DNA of 36,229 nucleotides. Source: an uncultured virus (IMG/VR IMGVR_UViG_3300042566_001492) (Duplodnaviria > Heunggongvirae > Uroviricota > Caudoviricetes). The stretch is taken from IMG/VR virus record IMGVR_UViG_3300042566_001492, one strand, 5' to 3'. Below the pieces are notes generated by a model. It ran no database searches and was not told where the DNA came from. It saw nothing but the letters and a program-made list of their open reading frames with translations. The translations under genes were made by a program, and so were the position numbers. Positions 1 through 9,392 of this stretch are shown here, piece by piece. Position 1 is the first letter of the stretch; each line of letters begins with the position of its first letter.

Positions 1-342
1 TTTTTCACCTTCTCTAAAAGAATGGTCTGCATAAATTCTTGACAACTCATGCATAATATATTCAACCGTGTCTGAATCTGATGTCCACATTGGAAACCAT
101 TCTTCATCAGCAGTTGGAGGTGATGAATAGTAATAATCTAATTCTTCTCTGAGTCTCTCTGGATCATAACTAGATGATGGTTCACTAACATTTAACCAAT
201 AGTCATAAAAAGAAAATAATTCATCTACATTATTAATAGATTCTTTAGATTTAAGTTCTTCTAATGCTGATTCCCAAATACTTCCTGGTATAGACTTCCA
301 GTTTCTGGACTCAAATAGGTTAAATGATTTTAGATATTTCAT
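1..342 (-). CDS. Hypothetical protein with N-terminal MKYLK tag (partial, runs off window)
   Basis: Read by hand: ATG at 342, MKYLKSFNLFESRNWKS..., open to base 1; TAATATATA at 347-355 (-). Confidence 0.85.
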   Translation of the reverse strand, partial: MKYLKSFNLFESRNWKSIPGSIWESALEELKSKESINNVDELFSFYDYWLNVSEPSSSYDPERLREELDYYYSSPPTADEEWFPMWTSDSDTVEYIMHELSRIYADHSFREGEK

Positions 343-373
343 TTTGTATATATTAAAAATAAGATTATATTTG
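343..373 (+). promoter_or_regulatory. Bacteroidota-type primary sigma promoter (-33 TTTG / -7 TAnnTTTG)
   Basis: TTTG 343-346, 19-nt spacer, TATATTTG 366-373, ATG at 379; spacer contains the divergent TAATATATA motif. Confidence 0.7.
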
Positions 374-378
374 TAGGT

Positions 379-717
379 ATGCAAATCATATTAGGAGATA
401 TTACAATTAAAATGACATCAAATGGACGTGATGAAGATTTTAATACACTTAATTGTATATTCTCAAAAGGTTTCAAAAAAGGTAATGGTTCTAGAGAAGT
501 AAAAAATTTTTACTTTTATCACCAAAGAGGAAAGGGATTAATATTTAAGGGCGGAATGGATTGGTCACCACAAGAAATGAAAGAATATATGGAATTCCTT
601 AAATTAGAATACCAAGAGTTACAAAAGATAAACGATGATATTTCAACAGTAGATTTCTTATCTTATCTAATCTCTAAAAGAAGAACAGAAATTATTAATG
701 ATATAACTAAATTATGA
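379..717 (+). CDS. Hypothetical protein, degenerate C-terminal tag
   Basis: 112 aa ORF ending KRRTEIINDITKL; ATGA overlap with next gene. Confidence 0.75.
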   Translation: MQIILGDITIKMTSNGRDEDFNTLNCIFSKGFKKGNGSREVKNFYFYHQRGKGLIFKGGMDWSPQEMKEYMEFLKLEYQELQKINDDISTVDFLSYLISKRRTEIINDITKL

Positions 718-1325
718 AAGTAATATTCTTAGACATAGATGGTGTGATGAACTCACAGGTCTTTTATAAAGAAAGACACTATCGTAGATGGAGAAAACCA
801 ATTACATATTGGTATGAATTGAAAAGAATTACAAGAAAAGTTTTAGGTATAAAATCTAAACCCATTTCGCTTGCTAATTATAAAACTCCAGACCATCACT
901 ACGAATTTCCTTATCAATTTAATAGATTAGTAGAAGAGACTTGTAAAGAAAAATGGGAATGGTTAAGTGAGTTCTGTAATGATAATAATGTCAAAATCTG
1001 TATCTCATCTACTTGGAAACATCATTTTGGAGACAAAGAGTATAGATTAAAATCAGAACAATGGGGTGATGCTCTTAATCTTTTAGGGTTTAAGACCGAC
1101 ACATTTGTTGGTATCACTCCAAACAAACCATCAAGAATTCGTGGTGAAGAAATAAAAGCTTGGTTAGATAATCATTCAGAAGTAGTCGATTATGCTATTT
1201 TAGATGATGATTCTGATATGTTACCGGAACAAATGGTAAAGTTTCACCACTGTGATGGTTGGTTTGGGATGTCACCAAACCATCTTTATAGAATCAAAAG
1301 ACAGTTTGATGGAAAGAATAACTAG
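714..1325 (+). CDS. HAD-superfamily phosphatase (Swiss-army-knife RNA repair-like HAD domain)
   Basis: IFLDIDGV motif I, ISSTW motif II, RGEEIKAWL, YAILDDDSDM motif IV. Confidence 0.8.
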   Translation: MKVIFLDIDGVMNSQVFYKERHYRRWRKPITYWYELKRITRKVLGIKSKPISLANYKTPDHHYEFPYQFNRLVEETCKEKWEWLSEFCNDNNVKICISSTWKHHFGDKEYRLKSEQWGDALNLLGFKTDTFVGITPNKPSRIRGEEIKAWLDNHSEVVDYAILDDDSDMLPEQMVKFHHCDGWFGMSPNHLYRIKRQFDGKNN

Positions 1326-1448
1326 TTTTATAAAACGTCAGGTATTGAAATTAGCACTTTGGTGGTCGTATAAATTTCCTAAAAGTAAAAATAAAGATAT
1401 ATGGAGATTAGATTAATTTATAATTCATAAATTTTAATATATAAATCT

Positions 1449-2426
1449 ATGAAACATATTAAACTATTTGAGAACTTAGAAGACTTAGTGTATGGTGAAG
1501 TCCAATCACTAATCGACAATAACCAATTCCTTAAAGGCAAGGTAGAGGCTACTAAAGACACTGTATTTGAGGCAGGTGATTACATCTTACTACTTGGTGA
1601 CCTTTCACATATTACAGACGCACACGTTGATGAAACAGTACCAGGTTCTAAATTTAATAAAGGAGTTGATCTCAAAAAGGCTATCATCGAATTAGTTAGT
1701 AATAACAAACCAACTGAAATGACTAAAGGCTTTGGTACAAGTGAAACGAAAGTTGCCGATTCCAAAGAAGCTGAGAAATTTAAGTGGTTAGGATTAGATA
1801 GTAAAAATAAAGTAGGTCAAGAAAATGTACACAAATTAGATCCTAACTCTGATGAATTTAAGTCTATGAATATTTACACTTATAAAGATTCTAGAGGTAA
1901 TGAGTTTAGTATTAAAGTAAAAGAAGGTGCTGGCGAAGAAACTACATTCTTAAGTTTTATTGGAGCTAAGATTGGTGATATTGGAAACAAACCAGTTCTT
2001 TCTGTTATGACGGCATTTCCCGGTAAGAATGGTTCAGAAGTTGCTAATAGAAATGACTTTATGAAATCAGGTTACTATTTTACGACAACTTCTAAGCAAG
2101 TGATAGAATCTTCACACGGTCAAGTTTCTGAATCAAAGGTTCTTAAATTTGATGATTTCAATGAAACTATGCAATATGCGGTCTTAAAAAATTCTAAGGA
2201 TTTACATGATAAAGAAATAGAAAGAAGAAAAGAAAAAGCAGAAAATAAAACTGAAACTAAACCAGTTGATTCTGATAAAACTCAATTTTCTGAAGGTGAT
2301 AAAGATATGGATGTTGAAGAATCAGAACCAGAAATGCAATCACAAGAAGAATCCGAAACAGAAATGCAAGAAGAATCCGAAACAGAAAGACACGAATCAT
2401 TAAGAATCAAATTGTTTGGAAGATAA
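1449..2426 (+). CDS. Hypothetical protein with N-terminal tag and acidic repeat tail
   Basis: MKHIKLFENL; internal ESKVLKFDDFNE; EESETEMQ repeats; TAATATATA at 1435-1443. Confidence 0.85.
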   Translation: MKHIKLFENLEDLVYGEVQSLIDNNQFLKGKVEATKDTVFEAGDYILLLGDLSHITDAHVDETVPGSKFNKGVDLKKAIIELVSNNKPTEMTKGFGTSETKVADSKEAEKFKWLGLDSKNKVGQENVHKLDPNSDEFKSMNIYTYKDSRGNEFSIKVKEGAGEETTFLSFIGAKIGDIGNKPVLSVMTAFPGKNGSEVANRNDFMKSGYYFTTTSKQVIESSHGQVSESKVLKFDDFNETMQYAVLKNSKDLHDKEIERRKEKAENKTETKPVDSDKTQFSEGDKDMDVEESEPEMQSQEESETEMQEESETERHESLRIKLFGR

Positions 2427-2430
2427 GTAA

Positions 2431-3150
2431 CTACTGACACCCAGTAGTATCAATTGTTTGTAAAATATAATCAGCTACTAATTTGTGACCAGATGGTGTT
2501 GGGTGTATTCCATCTGATGTCATACTTTTCAAGTCATATGGTTCAATGAATTGACATCCAGTTAACCTTTCCTTAAGTAACCTTTGTAAGTCTTTTCTTT
2601 TCTGAATATAAGGTATCCAATCAGAACTTTTTTTAAGTAAGTTAGCTGGTCTTCCAACTGGAAGTATATTCATATCCATAAACTTACCTTCTATCTTCCA
2701 TCCTAAATTAACCCAAACATCACAACCCCTGTCGTTAGCTATATCAATTAATCTCTGAAAATTACTAATAGTAGTGTCTAAAGATATAGACATATTAGAA
2801 GCATCATTTCCACCACCATAAATTATAACTCTATCCCAATAACCGGATTTTAATTTCTTAGAACCATTCTGTAACATCCATTTAGATGTTTTTCCACCAA
2901 GCGCCACAACGTCAATAGTTGTTCCACACGGTTTTAATTTTTGACCTAATAGATTTGGCCAAGTCCAAGTAATCTTCTCACCAGAAGAAGTTAAAACAGT
3001 ACTTTGAGAATCTCCAATAATAAGTATAGATTTTGGTATATCTAATGTTACCTCTACCTTTTTAACTTTAAGTTCTTTAATTAACATAGAAGAATCCGCA
3101 ACACTATCGCAGAATACGGTTAAGAATATTAATATTACTAACAATCTCAT
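2431..3150 (-). CDS. SGNH/GDSL hydrolase with signal peptide
   Basis: IIGDSQS (block I), GGND (block III), DGIHP (block V); hydrophobic N-terminus. Confidence 0.85.
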   Translation of the reverse strand: MRLLVILIFLTVFCDSVADSSMLIKELKVKKVEVTLDIPKSILIIGDSQSTVLTSSGEKITWTWPNLLGQKLKPCGTTIDVVALGGKTSKWMLQNGSKKLKSGYWDRVIIYGGGNDASNMSISLDTTISNFQRLIDIANDRGCDVWVNLGWKIEGKFMDMNILPVGRPANLLKKSSDWIPYIQKRKDLQRLLKERLTGCQFIEPYDLKSMTSDGIHPTPSGHKLVADYILQTIDTTGCQ

Positions 3151-3227
3151 TCTTTATATATCACATAAATTAACAAACAAAATGAAAAATCAAACTAAAA
3201 TAAAAAAGATAATAAAAAATATTAACT

Positions 3228-3563
3228 ATGGATTATAATAAAATGAAAAATCAAACTAACGAAAAGTTCGAATCACAAGATTTTGTAGTAGGTGATGTAT
3301 TTTGTGAAATGTTATCTTATTGGGAAGTTATTGTTGATATAACAGATAATGTACTAACTGTTATCAATAACTTATTTGATATAAAAAAGTACACATATGA
3401 AGAATTCACAACACATTGTAAGTATAATAACATACCAGGATATTGGATTGACTTTATCAAAAATGATTCAAGATATGTTGAAAGATATATTAAAGGTTAT
3501 ATCGAAAAGAATAATCTAAATCAATCTGATATAAGAGAATTCAAGTTAGACCTATTAATGTAA
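3228..3563 (+). CDS. Hypothetical protein with C-terminal tag
   Basis: Ends IREFKLDLLM. Confidence 0.75.
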   Translation: MDYNKMKNQTNEKFESQDFVVGDVFCEMLSYWEVIVDITDNVLTVINNLFDIKKYTYEEFTTHCKYNNIPGYWIDFIKNDSRYVERYIKGYIEKNNLNQSDIREFKLDLLM

Positions 3564-3592
3564 CTATATGATGTTTATCAAATTAATCTTAA

Positions 3593-3624
3593 TTTGTATA
3601 TAAATAATTTATTCCTTATATTTG
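3593..3624 (+). promoter_or_regulatory. Bacteroidota-type promoter heading the 3.6-6.9 kb operon
   Basis: TTTG 3593-3596, 20-nt spacer, TATATTTG 3617-3624, ATG 3631. Confidence 0.7.
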
Positions 3625-3630
3625 TCAAAT

Positions 3631-3852
3631 ATGGCAACACAACGTAAATTTGCGGTCACTACTGATAACTCAAATGCTATCGAAGTAGATAGTAAGGGAA
3701 GAACCATTATTAAACAATTAGTTCTTTTAGATGAGGTGACTGGTGACGAATGGAATGTTAGACTATCAAATGGTCAACTAATAGTTGAACCATCAGACTT
3801 AGAAAAAAAAAGAGAGTATAAAATTAATAATTTATTAGACGATGAAGTATAA
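3631..3852 (+). CDS. Hypothetical protein with C-terminal tag
   Basis: ATG 3631 preferred to TTG 3622, which lies in the promoter; ends KREYKINNLLDDEV. Confidence 0.75.
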   Translation: MATQRKFAVTTDNSNAIEVDSKGRTIIKQLVLLDEVTGDEWNVRLSNGQLIVEPSDLEKKREYKINNLLDDEV

Positions 3853-4150
3853 ATCATTTACCCCTAAAGTAGACCAAAAACGTAGATTAGTCCTAACTCG
3901 TTTTTATGCCGGAGTTGGAGATGCTCCAAACTTTTGTTACCAAGTTACACGTATTAATAAAAGTGGTGAGGTTGATAAAAAGTTTAAGACACTTTATGCT
4001 TTTGGAACTGACGACTTTTCTTCTATTAAAGAATTCGTACACAGTTCAACTGGACAAGCTGTAAAAGTATTTAAGAAACCCTTTAAGTCAGTGTTTGGTG
4101 TTAAAGAAAAGAATGACCCTAAACAAGTGTGGAAAGGTATTAGTTTATGA
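3842..4150 (+). CDS. Hypothetical basic protein
   Basis: 102 aa ORF overlapping its neighbours in an operon. Confidence 0.75.
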   Translation: MKYKSFTPKVDQKRRLVLTRFYAGVGDAPNFCYQVTRINKSGEVDKKFKTLYAFGTDDFSSIKEFVHSSTGQAVKVFKKPFKSVFGVKEKNDPKQVWKGISL

Positions 4151-4491
4151 AACAGTTGTGGGAAGATATTGAATTAATTTACAACTACTATAATTATAGA
4201 CAACAGTTAGTCATTGAAGTTCTTATTGATAATCTAATGATTAACTCACATGATAATTATTATGTACTACACTCTATTAAACCATCTGAACCACACATAC
4301 ATATCAAAATAGAAAAGAACTATAATCTAACCAGTATGTGGAATGATGATACAGATGGTATCAGCTATGAACTAAGTGTATCACATAGTAATAAAGAAAT
4401 ATCAGATGATGTTGATAAAAAAGTAGAGTTAGTTAATAACATAATCAAACCTCATTTAAGACAAGCTAAACTTAACAAATTAGGAGTATGA
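4147..4491 (+). CDS. Hypothetical protein with C-terminal tag
   Basis: Ends LRQAKLNKLGV; ATGA coupling. Confidence 0.8.
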   Translation: MKQLWEDIELIYNYYNYRQQLVIEVLIDNLMINSHDNYYVLHSIKPSEPHIHIKIEKNYNLTSMWNDDTDGISYELSVSHSNKEISDDVDKKVELVNNIIKPHLRQAKLNKLGV

Positions 4492-4826
4492 GAATAGTAT
4501 CAAACCGTAAGGGAGATTATGTTCAGGTGTTAGAGGATTTTCTTGGTATGACACTAACAACAGAACGTGAAGTAAGATGGAGTGTTGTTCTTTATAATGG
4601 ACAGGTTATGGTATTCCATGAATCATCAACTCAGATGTGGTCAAAAGATGAATTCATTGAATATAAAAATGATTTGGGATTGGCTCAATGGCGTAGCTCT
4701 TCTCTTAAAGTTGATAGAATGAAACTCTTTGATGAACTTCTAAACTCACTTATTAAGTGGGAAAGAGAATTAAAAATAGATGAAGTCTTAAGAGACGAAA
4801 TGGAATATAAATATTGGGTATGTTAA
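4488..4826 (+). CDS. Hypothetical protein with near-terminal tag
   Basis: WERELKIDEVL near C-terminus. Confidence 0.75.
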   Translation: MRIVSNRKGDYVQVLEDFLGMTLTTEREVRWSVVLYNGQVMVFHESSTQMWSKDEFIEYKNDLGLAQWRSSSLKVDRMKLFDELLNSLIKWERELKIDEVLRDEMEYKYWVC

Positions 4827-5347
4827 AAAATAGTTTTTATAGATTTAATCGTTGGTTGGATAATAATGAGATAACTAAATTTTTCTTATTGTTATTTAGT
4901 GTTGCTCTTTTTACAATACCTTTACAATTTGGTAGTTTCTCAGGAGTTGTAATAAGTTTATCTACTTTATCAATTGTTTGTTTATTCACTTTTTTTAGAG
5001 TTAATATAATGAATGATAAAATTGAATTTGATAGAAGTAAATACAATGTTCCAGAGGTTGGTGAAATTGTTGTAGTTAAGAAAGACTTTTATTATGATGG
5101 TTCATTTAGAAAGTTTATCAATCAATCTGATCAAAGTCAAAAACCAAACTGGTGGAAAGTTACTAAAGGAACTGAATTGATTATCTTAAATGTCGAAGAA
5201 ACAGATGATGATTGGAAGATAACACTAACAAATGAGCAAAATTGGCGAACAAAAGGTGACTTATACTTATACTATCTTGATACTAAAGATTATTGGGACA
5301 CTAAAGCAAATATTAGAAGTAAAATATTAAGTAAGTTAGGAATATAA
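4814..5347 (+). CDS. Membrane protein (2 TM) with C-terminal tag
   Basis: Two hydrophobic stretches near N-terminus; ends IRSKILSKLGI. Confidence 0.8.
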   Translation: MGMLKNSFYRFNRWLDNNEITKFFLLLFSVALFTIPLQFGSFSGVVISLSTLSIVCLFTFFRVNIMNDKIEFDRSKYNVPEVGEIVVVKKDFYYDGSFRKFINQSDQSQKPNWWKVTKGTELIILNVEETDDDWKITLTNEQNWRTKGDLYLYYLDTKDYWDTKANIRSKILSKLGI

Positions 5348-5529
5348 TGAGAAGACACCCTGAAATTAAAGGTTATAAACTAATCATGGATTATCCAGGT
5401 AATCGAAGACCTTTAGGATCATTTGAACCATACACCTCTGGTGAGTTTAGTAGATATCCTCAGATTTGGAAACCAGTCTATTATGATGATGTTGTAAGAG
5501 ATAAAAAGTTAAAAAAACTAGGAATATGA
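5347..5529 (+). CDS. Small protein with C-terminal tag
   Basis: Ends VRDKKLKKLGI. Confidence 0.8.
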   Translation: MRRHPEIKGYKLIMDYPGNRRPLGSFEPYTSGEFSRYPQIWKPVYYDDVVRDKKLKKLGI

Positions 5530-5765
5530 AAGCAGGAGATATTGTTAGACTTAAAAGTGAACATCAATTATATGAATTGGTACCAGGTTTATGTGTTGTG
5601 GGTGAAGTTAGAAAGTTTTCATTTGGAAAAAGACCAAATAGATATCACATCAAAACTTTGAACAAAGACTCAGATGGTTCTCATAGAATGACCTGGGTAG
5701 AAGAACAAGAAATTATATCAATATCTGAAATAAGACAAGAAAGATTAGAAAAATTAGGAATATGA
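5526..5765 (+). CDS. Small SH3/KOW-like protein with C-terminal tag
   Basis: MKAGDIVRLK start typical of small beta-barrels; ends IRQERLEKLGI. Confidence 0.75.
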   Translation: MKAGDIVRLKSEHQLYELVPGLCVVGEVRKFSFGKRPNRYHIKTLNKDSDGSHRMTWVEEQEIISISEIRQERLEKLGI

Positions 5766-5983
5766 TGTATATTTATAAACCACGTAGTGATTGGCATAAG
5801 AGATCCGACTTAACTGAAGGAAAAACTTATGATTGTGAGTGGAATGGTGAAATGGTTTATTCATCTACCGGTGTTTACTTTAGATTGATTTGTGATTTTG
5901 GACATGAGGTTGAAGTACATGAAAGTCAATTTGTTCCCATAGATAAATTGAGAGAGGAAAAATTAAATGAAATAGGAATATGA
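5762..5983 (+). CDS. Small protein (LTxGKxY family) with C-terminal tag
   Basis: LTEGKTYDC; ends LREEKLNEIGI. Confidence 0.8.
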   Translation: MMYIYKPRSDWHKRSDLTEGKTYDCEWNGEMVYSSTGVYFRLICDFGHEVEVHESQFVPIDKLREEKLNEIGI

Positions 5984-6447
5984 AAGAATTATATAAACAA
6001 CTTACTGATACAATAAACTCACTTCCGGGTATTGAATTGACAGGTGATAACTTATCAAACCCATTTGATAAGATTAAATCCAGATGGGGTGGGTGTTGCC
6101 TTTTCTTTTGGTCTGATGAAAAAGATGCTGAAGGTCTTTTCTTTCTTACTAGATGTATAGACACTAGATATTGGGAATTTGGACATCTATGGAGAATTGA
6201 ATTAACTTGTTCAGATCAAATACACTCAAATGGAGACAGACCAATTACTTATAATATTTACAGACCATTTATTGGAGAAGAAACTGAGGACCAAATCGAT
6301 AAAGAGATAAATTCACTCATTGAAAATATGCATTATCATTTTCATCATGATAATTTTATGTCTGGTTTTAATATGGATAGAACTAAATATGATCTAAAAG
6401 AGTGGAAAAGAGAAATGAAGTTAAATGATTTAGGAGTATTAAAGTGA
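5980..6447 (+). CDS. Hypothetical protein with C-terminal tag
   Basis: Ends KREMKLNDLGVLK. Confidence 0.8.
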   Translation: MKELYKQLTDTINSLPGIELTGDNLSNPFDKIKSRWGGCCLFFWSDEKDAEGLFFLTRCIDTRYWEFGHLWRIELTCSDQIHSNGDRPITYNIYRPFIGEETEDQIDKEINSLIENMHYHFHHDNFMSGFNMDRTKYDLKEWKREMKLNDLGVLK

Positions 6448-6551
6448 TGTGTGTAACAAAAGATTATATTGGTAAGTGGTCTTCATTCAGTGCTCATGTG
6501 TTAACTATCGGTGAATGGTATGAAGTATCAAAAGAATATGAAGATTACTAA
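6447..6551 (+). pseudogene. Short or truncated LTxGxxYxV-family ORF
   Basis: MCVTKDYIGKWSSFSAHVLTIGEWYEVSKEYEDY*, resembles N-half of 5762..5983. Confidence 0.4.
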
Positions 6552-6564
6552 ATAAAATATTAAT

Positions 6565-6915
6565 ATGAAAGATTTTTTAGATGATACAGACCTTTTTATA
6601 AAGGAAAATTTAGACTGGATATTAGCCGGTAAATATGATGATAGGTTTAGTAAAGAACAATTAGATAAAATGATTGAACTTAGTTTTCTTTATAATCACA
6701 TAACAATTGAGAATGATGCACTTAAATTTGAATATGATAAATTACAAATAAATCTAACTAATCTTTATGAGCAGTATAGTGATTTAGTTTATCAAATAGG
6801 AAAAGAAGGCGTAAAGAATATGATTATCACCACAATCACCTCACAAGATAATTTTAAGTCAGGGTTTAAGTCATTTATAAGAGATAAGAAGATTAATAAG
6901 ATTATTGATTTATAA
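6565..6915 (+). CDS. Hypothetical protein with C-terminal tag
   Basis: Ends IRDKKINKIIDL. Confidence 0.8.
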   Translation: MKDFLDDTDLFIKENLDWILAGKYDDRFSKEQLDKMIELSFLYNHITIENDALKFEYDKLQINLTNLYEQYSDLVYQIGKEGVKNMIITTITSQDNFKSGFKSFIRDKKINKIIDL

Positions 6916-7245
6916 TCCTAATTCCTTTAATCTTTGTTGTCTAGCATCTGATACAGTTGGAATATCAACACGGGTTGATTTTCCTTTTGTACCATCAGAA
7001 AGTGTAGGAGCGTATCTTATTCTATCATCAAATTTATTTAATCGAGAAAACAGTTTCTTTTCTTTAATAGGAATAAAACCTTTGATAGTACTAAACTGAG
7101 ATTCAGTTAATTCAATCTCTTCGTATTTTAGATAAGTACTATAATCTCCATCTTCACCAGCCCATCTAGGTAGTAAAATAAGTTTATATTGACCATTGCT
7201 TTCGGTTATATAGTCTCCACTATTTGAGTTTATCCAATAATTCAT
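6910..7245 (-). CDS. Hypothetical protein with C-terminal tag
   Basis: Ends ARQQRLKELGL; ATG at 7245 (ORF extends to TTG 7257). Confidence 0.75.
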   Translation of the reverse strand: MNYWINSNSGDYITESNGQYKLILLPRWAGEDGDYSTYLKYEEIELTESQFSTIKGFIPIKEKKLFSRLNKFDDRIRYAPTLSDGTKGKSTRVDIPTVSDARQQRLKELGL

Positions 7246-7330
7246 CTGATTCTTCAATTACATTATTATCCTCGTCATAAATGACTACAGGATTTCCGTA
7301 TATATCCCAAGTTATTTGTTGTATTTCCAT
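7220..7330 (-). CDS. Small acidic protein (36 aa)
   Basis: MEIQQITWDIYGNPVVIYDEDNNVIEESDELLDKLK*; TATATTTG at 7334-7341 (-) directly upstream. Confidence 0.55.
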   Translation of the reverse strand: MEIQQITWDIYGNPVVIYDEDNNVIEESDELLDKLK

Positions 7331-7352
7331 ACACAAATATAAAAAAAATTAA

Positions 7353-7445
7353 TTATTTCTTTGTATAATAATCAAAATAATCTTTACGATCTTTCAATAC
7401 AGTAAGTACAATAAATATCACCGATACTAAAGCTAATATAATCAT
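7353..7445 (-). CDS. Small single-TM peptide (30 aa)
   Basis: MIILALVSVIFIVLTVLKDRKDYFDYYTKK*; TTATATATA just upstream. Confidence 0.45.
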   Translation of the reverse strand: MIILALVSVIFIVLTVLKDRKDYFDYYTKK

Positions 7446-7561
7446 ATACTATATATAAGTCACTATTGAAAAATCACTCGATTTTTGTGTTATTAAATCA
7501 TTATGTTAATTTTAACACCTAAAATATTTTTATTTAACTAAAATATTATTATATTTACAAT

Positions 7562-7759
7562 ATGGAATCAAATATGAAAAAAGTATACGAAGGTAAAATC
7601 TACGAGACTAAAGATAGTTTTGTAGTACAAACAGTTCTGTCCGAGAGATCAGTTAGTATTCAAGATCCTTCTAATTTTATTAACAAACAATTAAAAGAGT
7701 TTGATGGTAAGAATGTTAAAGTAGAAGTTGTTATTAAGATTACCGAATTAGAATCTTAG
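7562..7759 (+). CDS. Hypothetical protein
   Basis: 65 aa ORF, TATATTTA promoter-like box upstream. Confidence 0.7.
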   Translation: MESNMKKVYEGKIYETKDSFVVQTVLSERSVSIQDPSNFINKQLKEFDGKNVKVEVVIKITELES

Positions 7760-8689
7760 TGAACTAACTATTCTTGATATCTCACTATCAACTTGTGACT
7801 TATAATTAGAATCACCTTCACTATAAGTAAAGTTGGTGTACTTTTTTGGTTGATATCTTGTAGCTCCTTGAATCATACTACCCGCCATATTACCTATAGC
7901 ATTATTATTTGATCCTCTCACAACAGCTCTTGTTAATTCATTACCAACTTGTCTTTTGACATTTTGACCCACTTCGTGTCCTAAATCCTGTGGTTGAGCT
8001 CCTACATAAATAAATTTAATATCAGTAAACTTAATAGTATATTCACCATCTTTAATATCTACTTCAATATTTGCTTGTGTTACACCATTAGAATTTCTTG
8101 GTTTAGCCGATAAGTTAAGAGAAGCTATTAATTTATCCTGAGACACTTGAGTAAATCTTAACCCAGATACTTGTCTTAATTTTTGAGATACCTTAAGATA
8201 AATATCATATTTCTTTTCACCAGGACATTGTACTGTTTCACTCCAATCAATTGATTGATTAACTGATAACTCAGTTGGTGTAGGCTCAGAAGTCATTGCT
8301 GAAGTAGGTTGACTAAATGCTAATGATGTTGCTAAAGCTCCAGTTCTTAAGATATTACCTAAACTAATTTCTTCATTAGTGAATTCTTTATATGACTTTA
8401 GTTCCTTAAATTTAACAACTGACTCATCAAATGGTTCTTCCTCTACAGGTTCTCTTTCATCAATAGTATTATCTACTAAACTATCAATAGCCGCTTGAGC
8501 ATCTTCCCAACTTAAGTAATCTTTCCACATTGTACCTTTACCAAAAAGAAGTTCACAATCTTCTGGATTTAATCCTTTTTGTTTCATTACTGGAGTTTGT
8601 GCAAATATTCTATAATTAGAATCTACATCTACTACTGAGTATTCAACCTCATCATTATTAAAATTATCGAATATTTTTAAGTATTTCAT
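7748..8689 (-). CDS. N-tagged protein with internal second tag, hydrophobic segment and possible DUF4468-like domain
   Basis: MKYLKIFDNF; internal KSYKEFTNEE; GALATSLAFSQP; IEVDIKDGEYTIKFTDI. Confidence 0.8.
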   Translation of the reverse strand: MKYLKIFDNFNNDEVEYSVVDVDSNYRIFAQTPVMKQKGLNPEDCELLFGKGTMWKDYLSWEDAQAAIDSLVDNTIDEREPVEEEPFDESVVKFKELKSYKEFTNEEISLGNILRTGALATSLAFSQPTSAMTSEPTPTELSVNQSIDWSETVQCPGEKKYDIYLKVSQKLRQVSGLRFTQVSQDKLIASLNLSAKPRNSNGVTQANIEVDIKDGEYTIKFTDIKFIYVGAQPQDLGHEVGQNVKRQVGNELTRAVVRGSNNNAIGNMAGSMIQGATRYQPKKYTNFTYSEGDSNYKSQVDSEISRIVSSLRF

Positions 8690-8698
8690 ATCAATAAT

Positions 8699-8956
8699 TT
8701 ACATTTTATTTAGTTTATCAGATATGATATCATAAACTTGTTGCTCAGTTTTTCCGTCTTCAGCATGTAAACGGGCATGAAAGAAAACCGATTCTGCAAA
8801 TTTAGTATCATTGCCTAAGTTAATAACCTTTTCAATATTAGAGAAGTAAATTTCACAACCACCTAATGGACTTGATGTTAGTAAACTAACACTAACACCA
8901 TTGATATCAAATTTCTGTGGTGTTCCGTAATTTTCAAAAGTCTTAATATGTAACAT
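8699..8956 (-). CDS. Hypothetical protein with N-terminal tag
   Basis: MLHIKTFENY. Confidence 0.75.
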   Translation of the reverse strand: MLHIKTFENYGTPQKFDINGVSVSLLTSSPLGGCEIYFSNIEKVINLGNDTKFAESVFFHARLHAEDGKTEQQVYDIISDKLNKM

Positions 8957-8983
8957 ATTTATTTATTTATTTTAAGAGATTCA

Positions 8984-9334
8984 TTAAACACCGGTTGATT
9001 CACCACCTGAACGCCATCCAGTATCTATACCAGTTGATTTTTCACCTGAACGCCATCCAGTGTCTTTTCCACCTCTAATTTTCTCTAACTCATAAGAGTG
9101 TTTGTAGTCTGAAACTCTTTTTGTTTTATAACTAAATACCAACCCCTTTAACTCACTTGGTGAATTTTGGGTTGGAACTGCTTCTAATTTCCCAGAGTTA
9201 CCCTGTTGAATAGCTAAATAAAGTGGAGCTAAATCTTCCCAATTGTTAGTAGTAAATAAATCACCACTTGTCAATGATGATATAACGTTTTTTTTAACAA
9301 TTCCAAAATTTTCAAAAGTCTTAATATTTTTCAT
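8984..9334 (-). CDS. Hypothetical protein with N-terminal tag and 13-aa tandem repeat
   Basis: MKNIKTFENF; DTGWRSG(E/G)xSTG twice. Confidence 0.8.
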   Translation of the reverse strand: MKNIKTFENFGIVKKNVISSLTSGDLFTTNNWEDLAPLYLAIQQGNSGKLEAVPTQNSPSELKGLVFSYKTKRVSDYKHSYELEKIRGGKDTGWRSGEKSTGIDTGWRSGGESTGV

Positions 9335-9358
9335 ATAACTAATTAATTTTAATTATGG

Positions 9359-9374
9359 TATATATTAATATATA
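9359..9374. promoter_or_regulatory. Palindromic bidirectional TAATATATA element
   Basis: TATATATTAATATATA perfect 16-bp palindrome between divergent genes. Confidence 0.65.
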
Positions 9375-9392
9375 ATCTTAAAAAATACATTC

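Noticed and set aside
2318..2386. DNA repeat element in ORF 1449 (and 39-nt repeat near 8990-9065)
   Set aside because: In-frame coding repeats explained by low-complexity protein sequence
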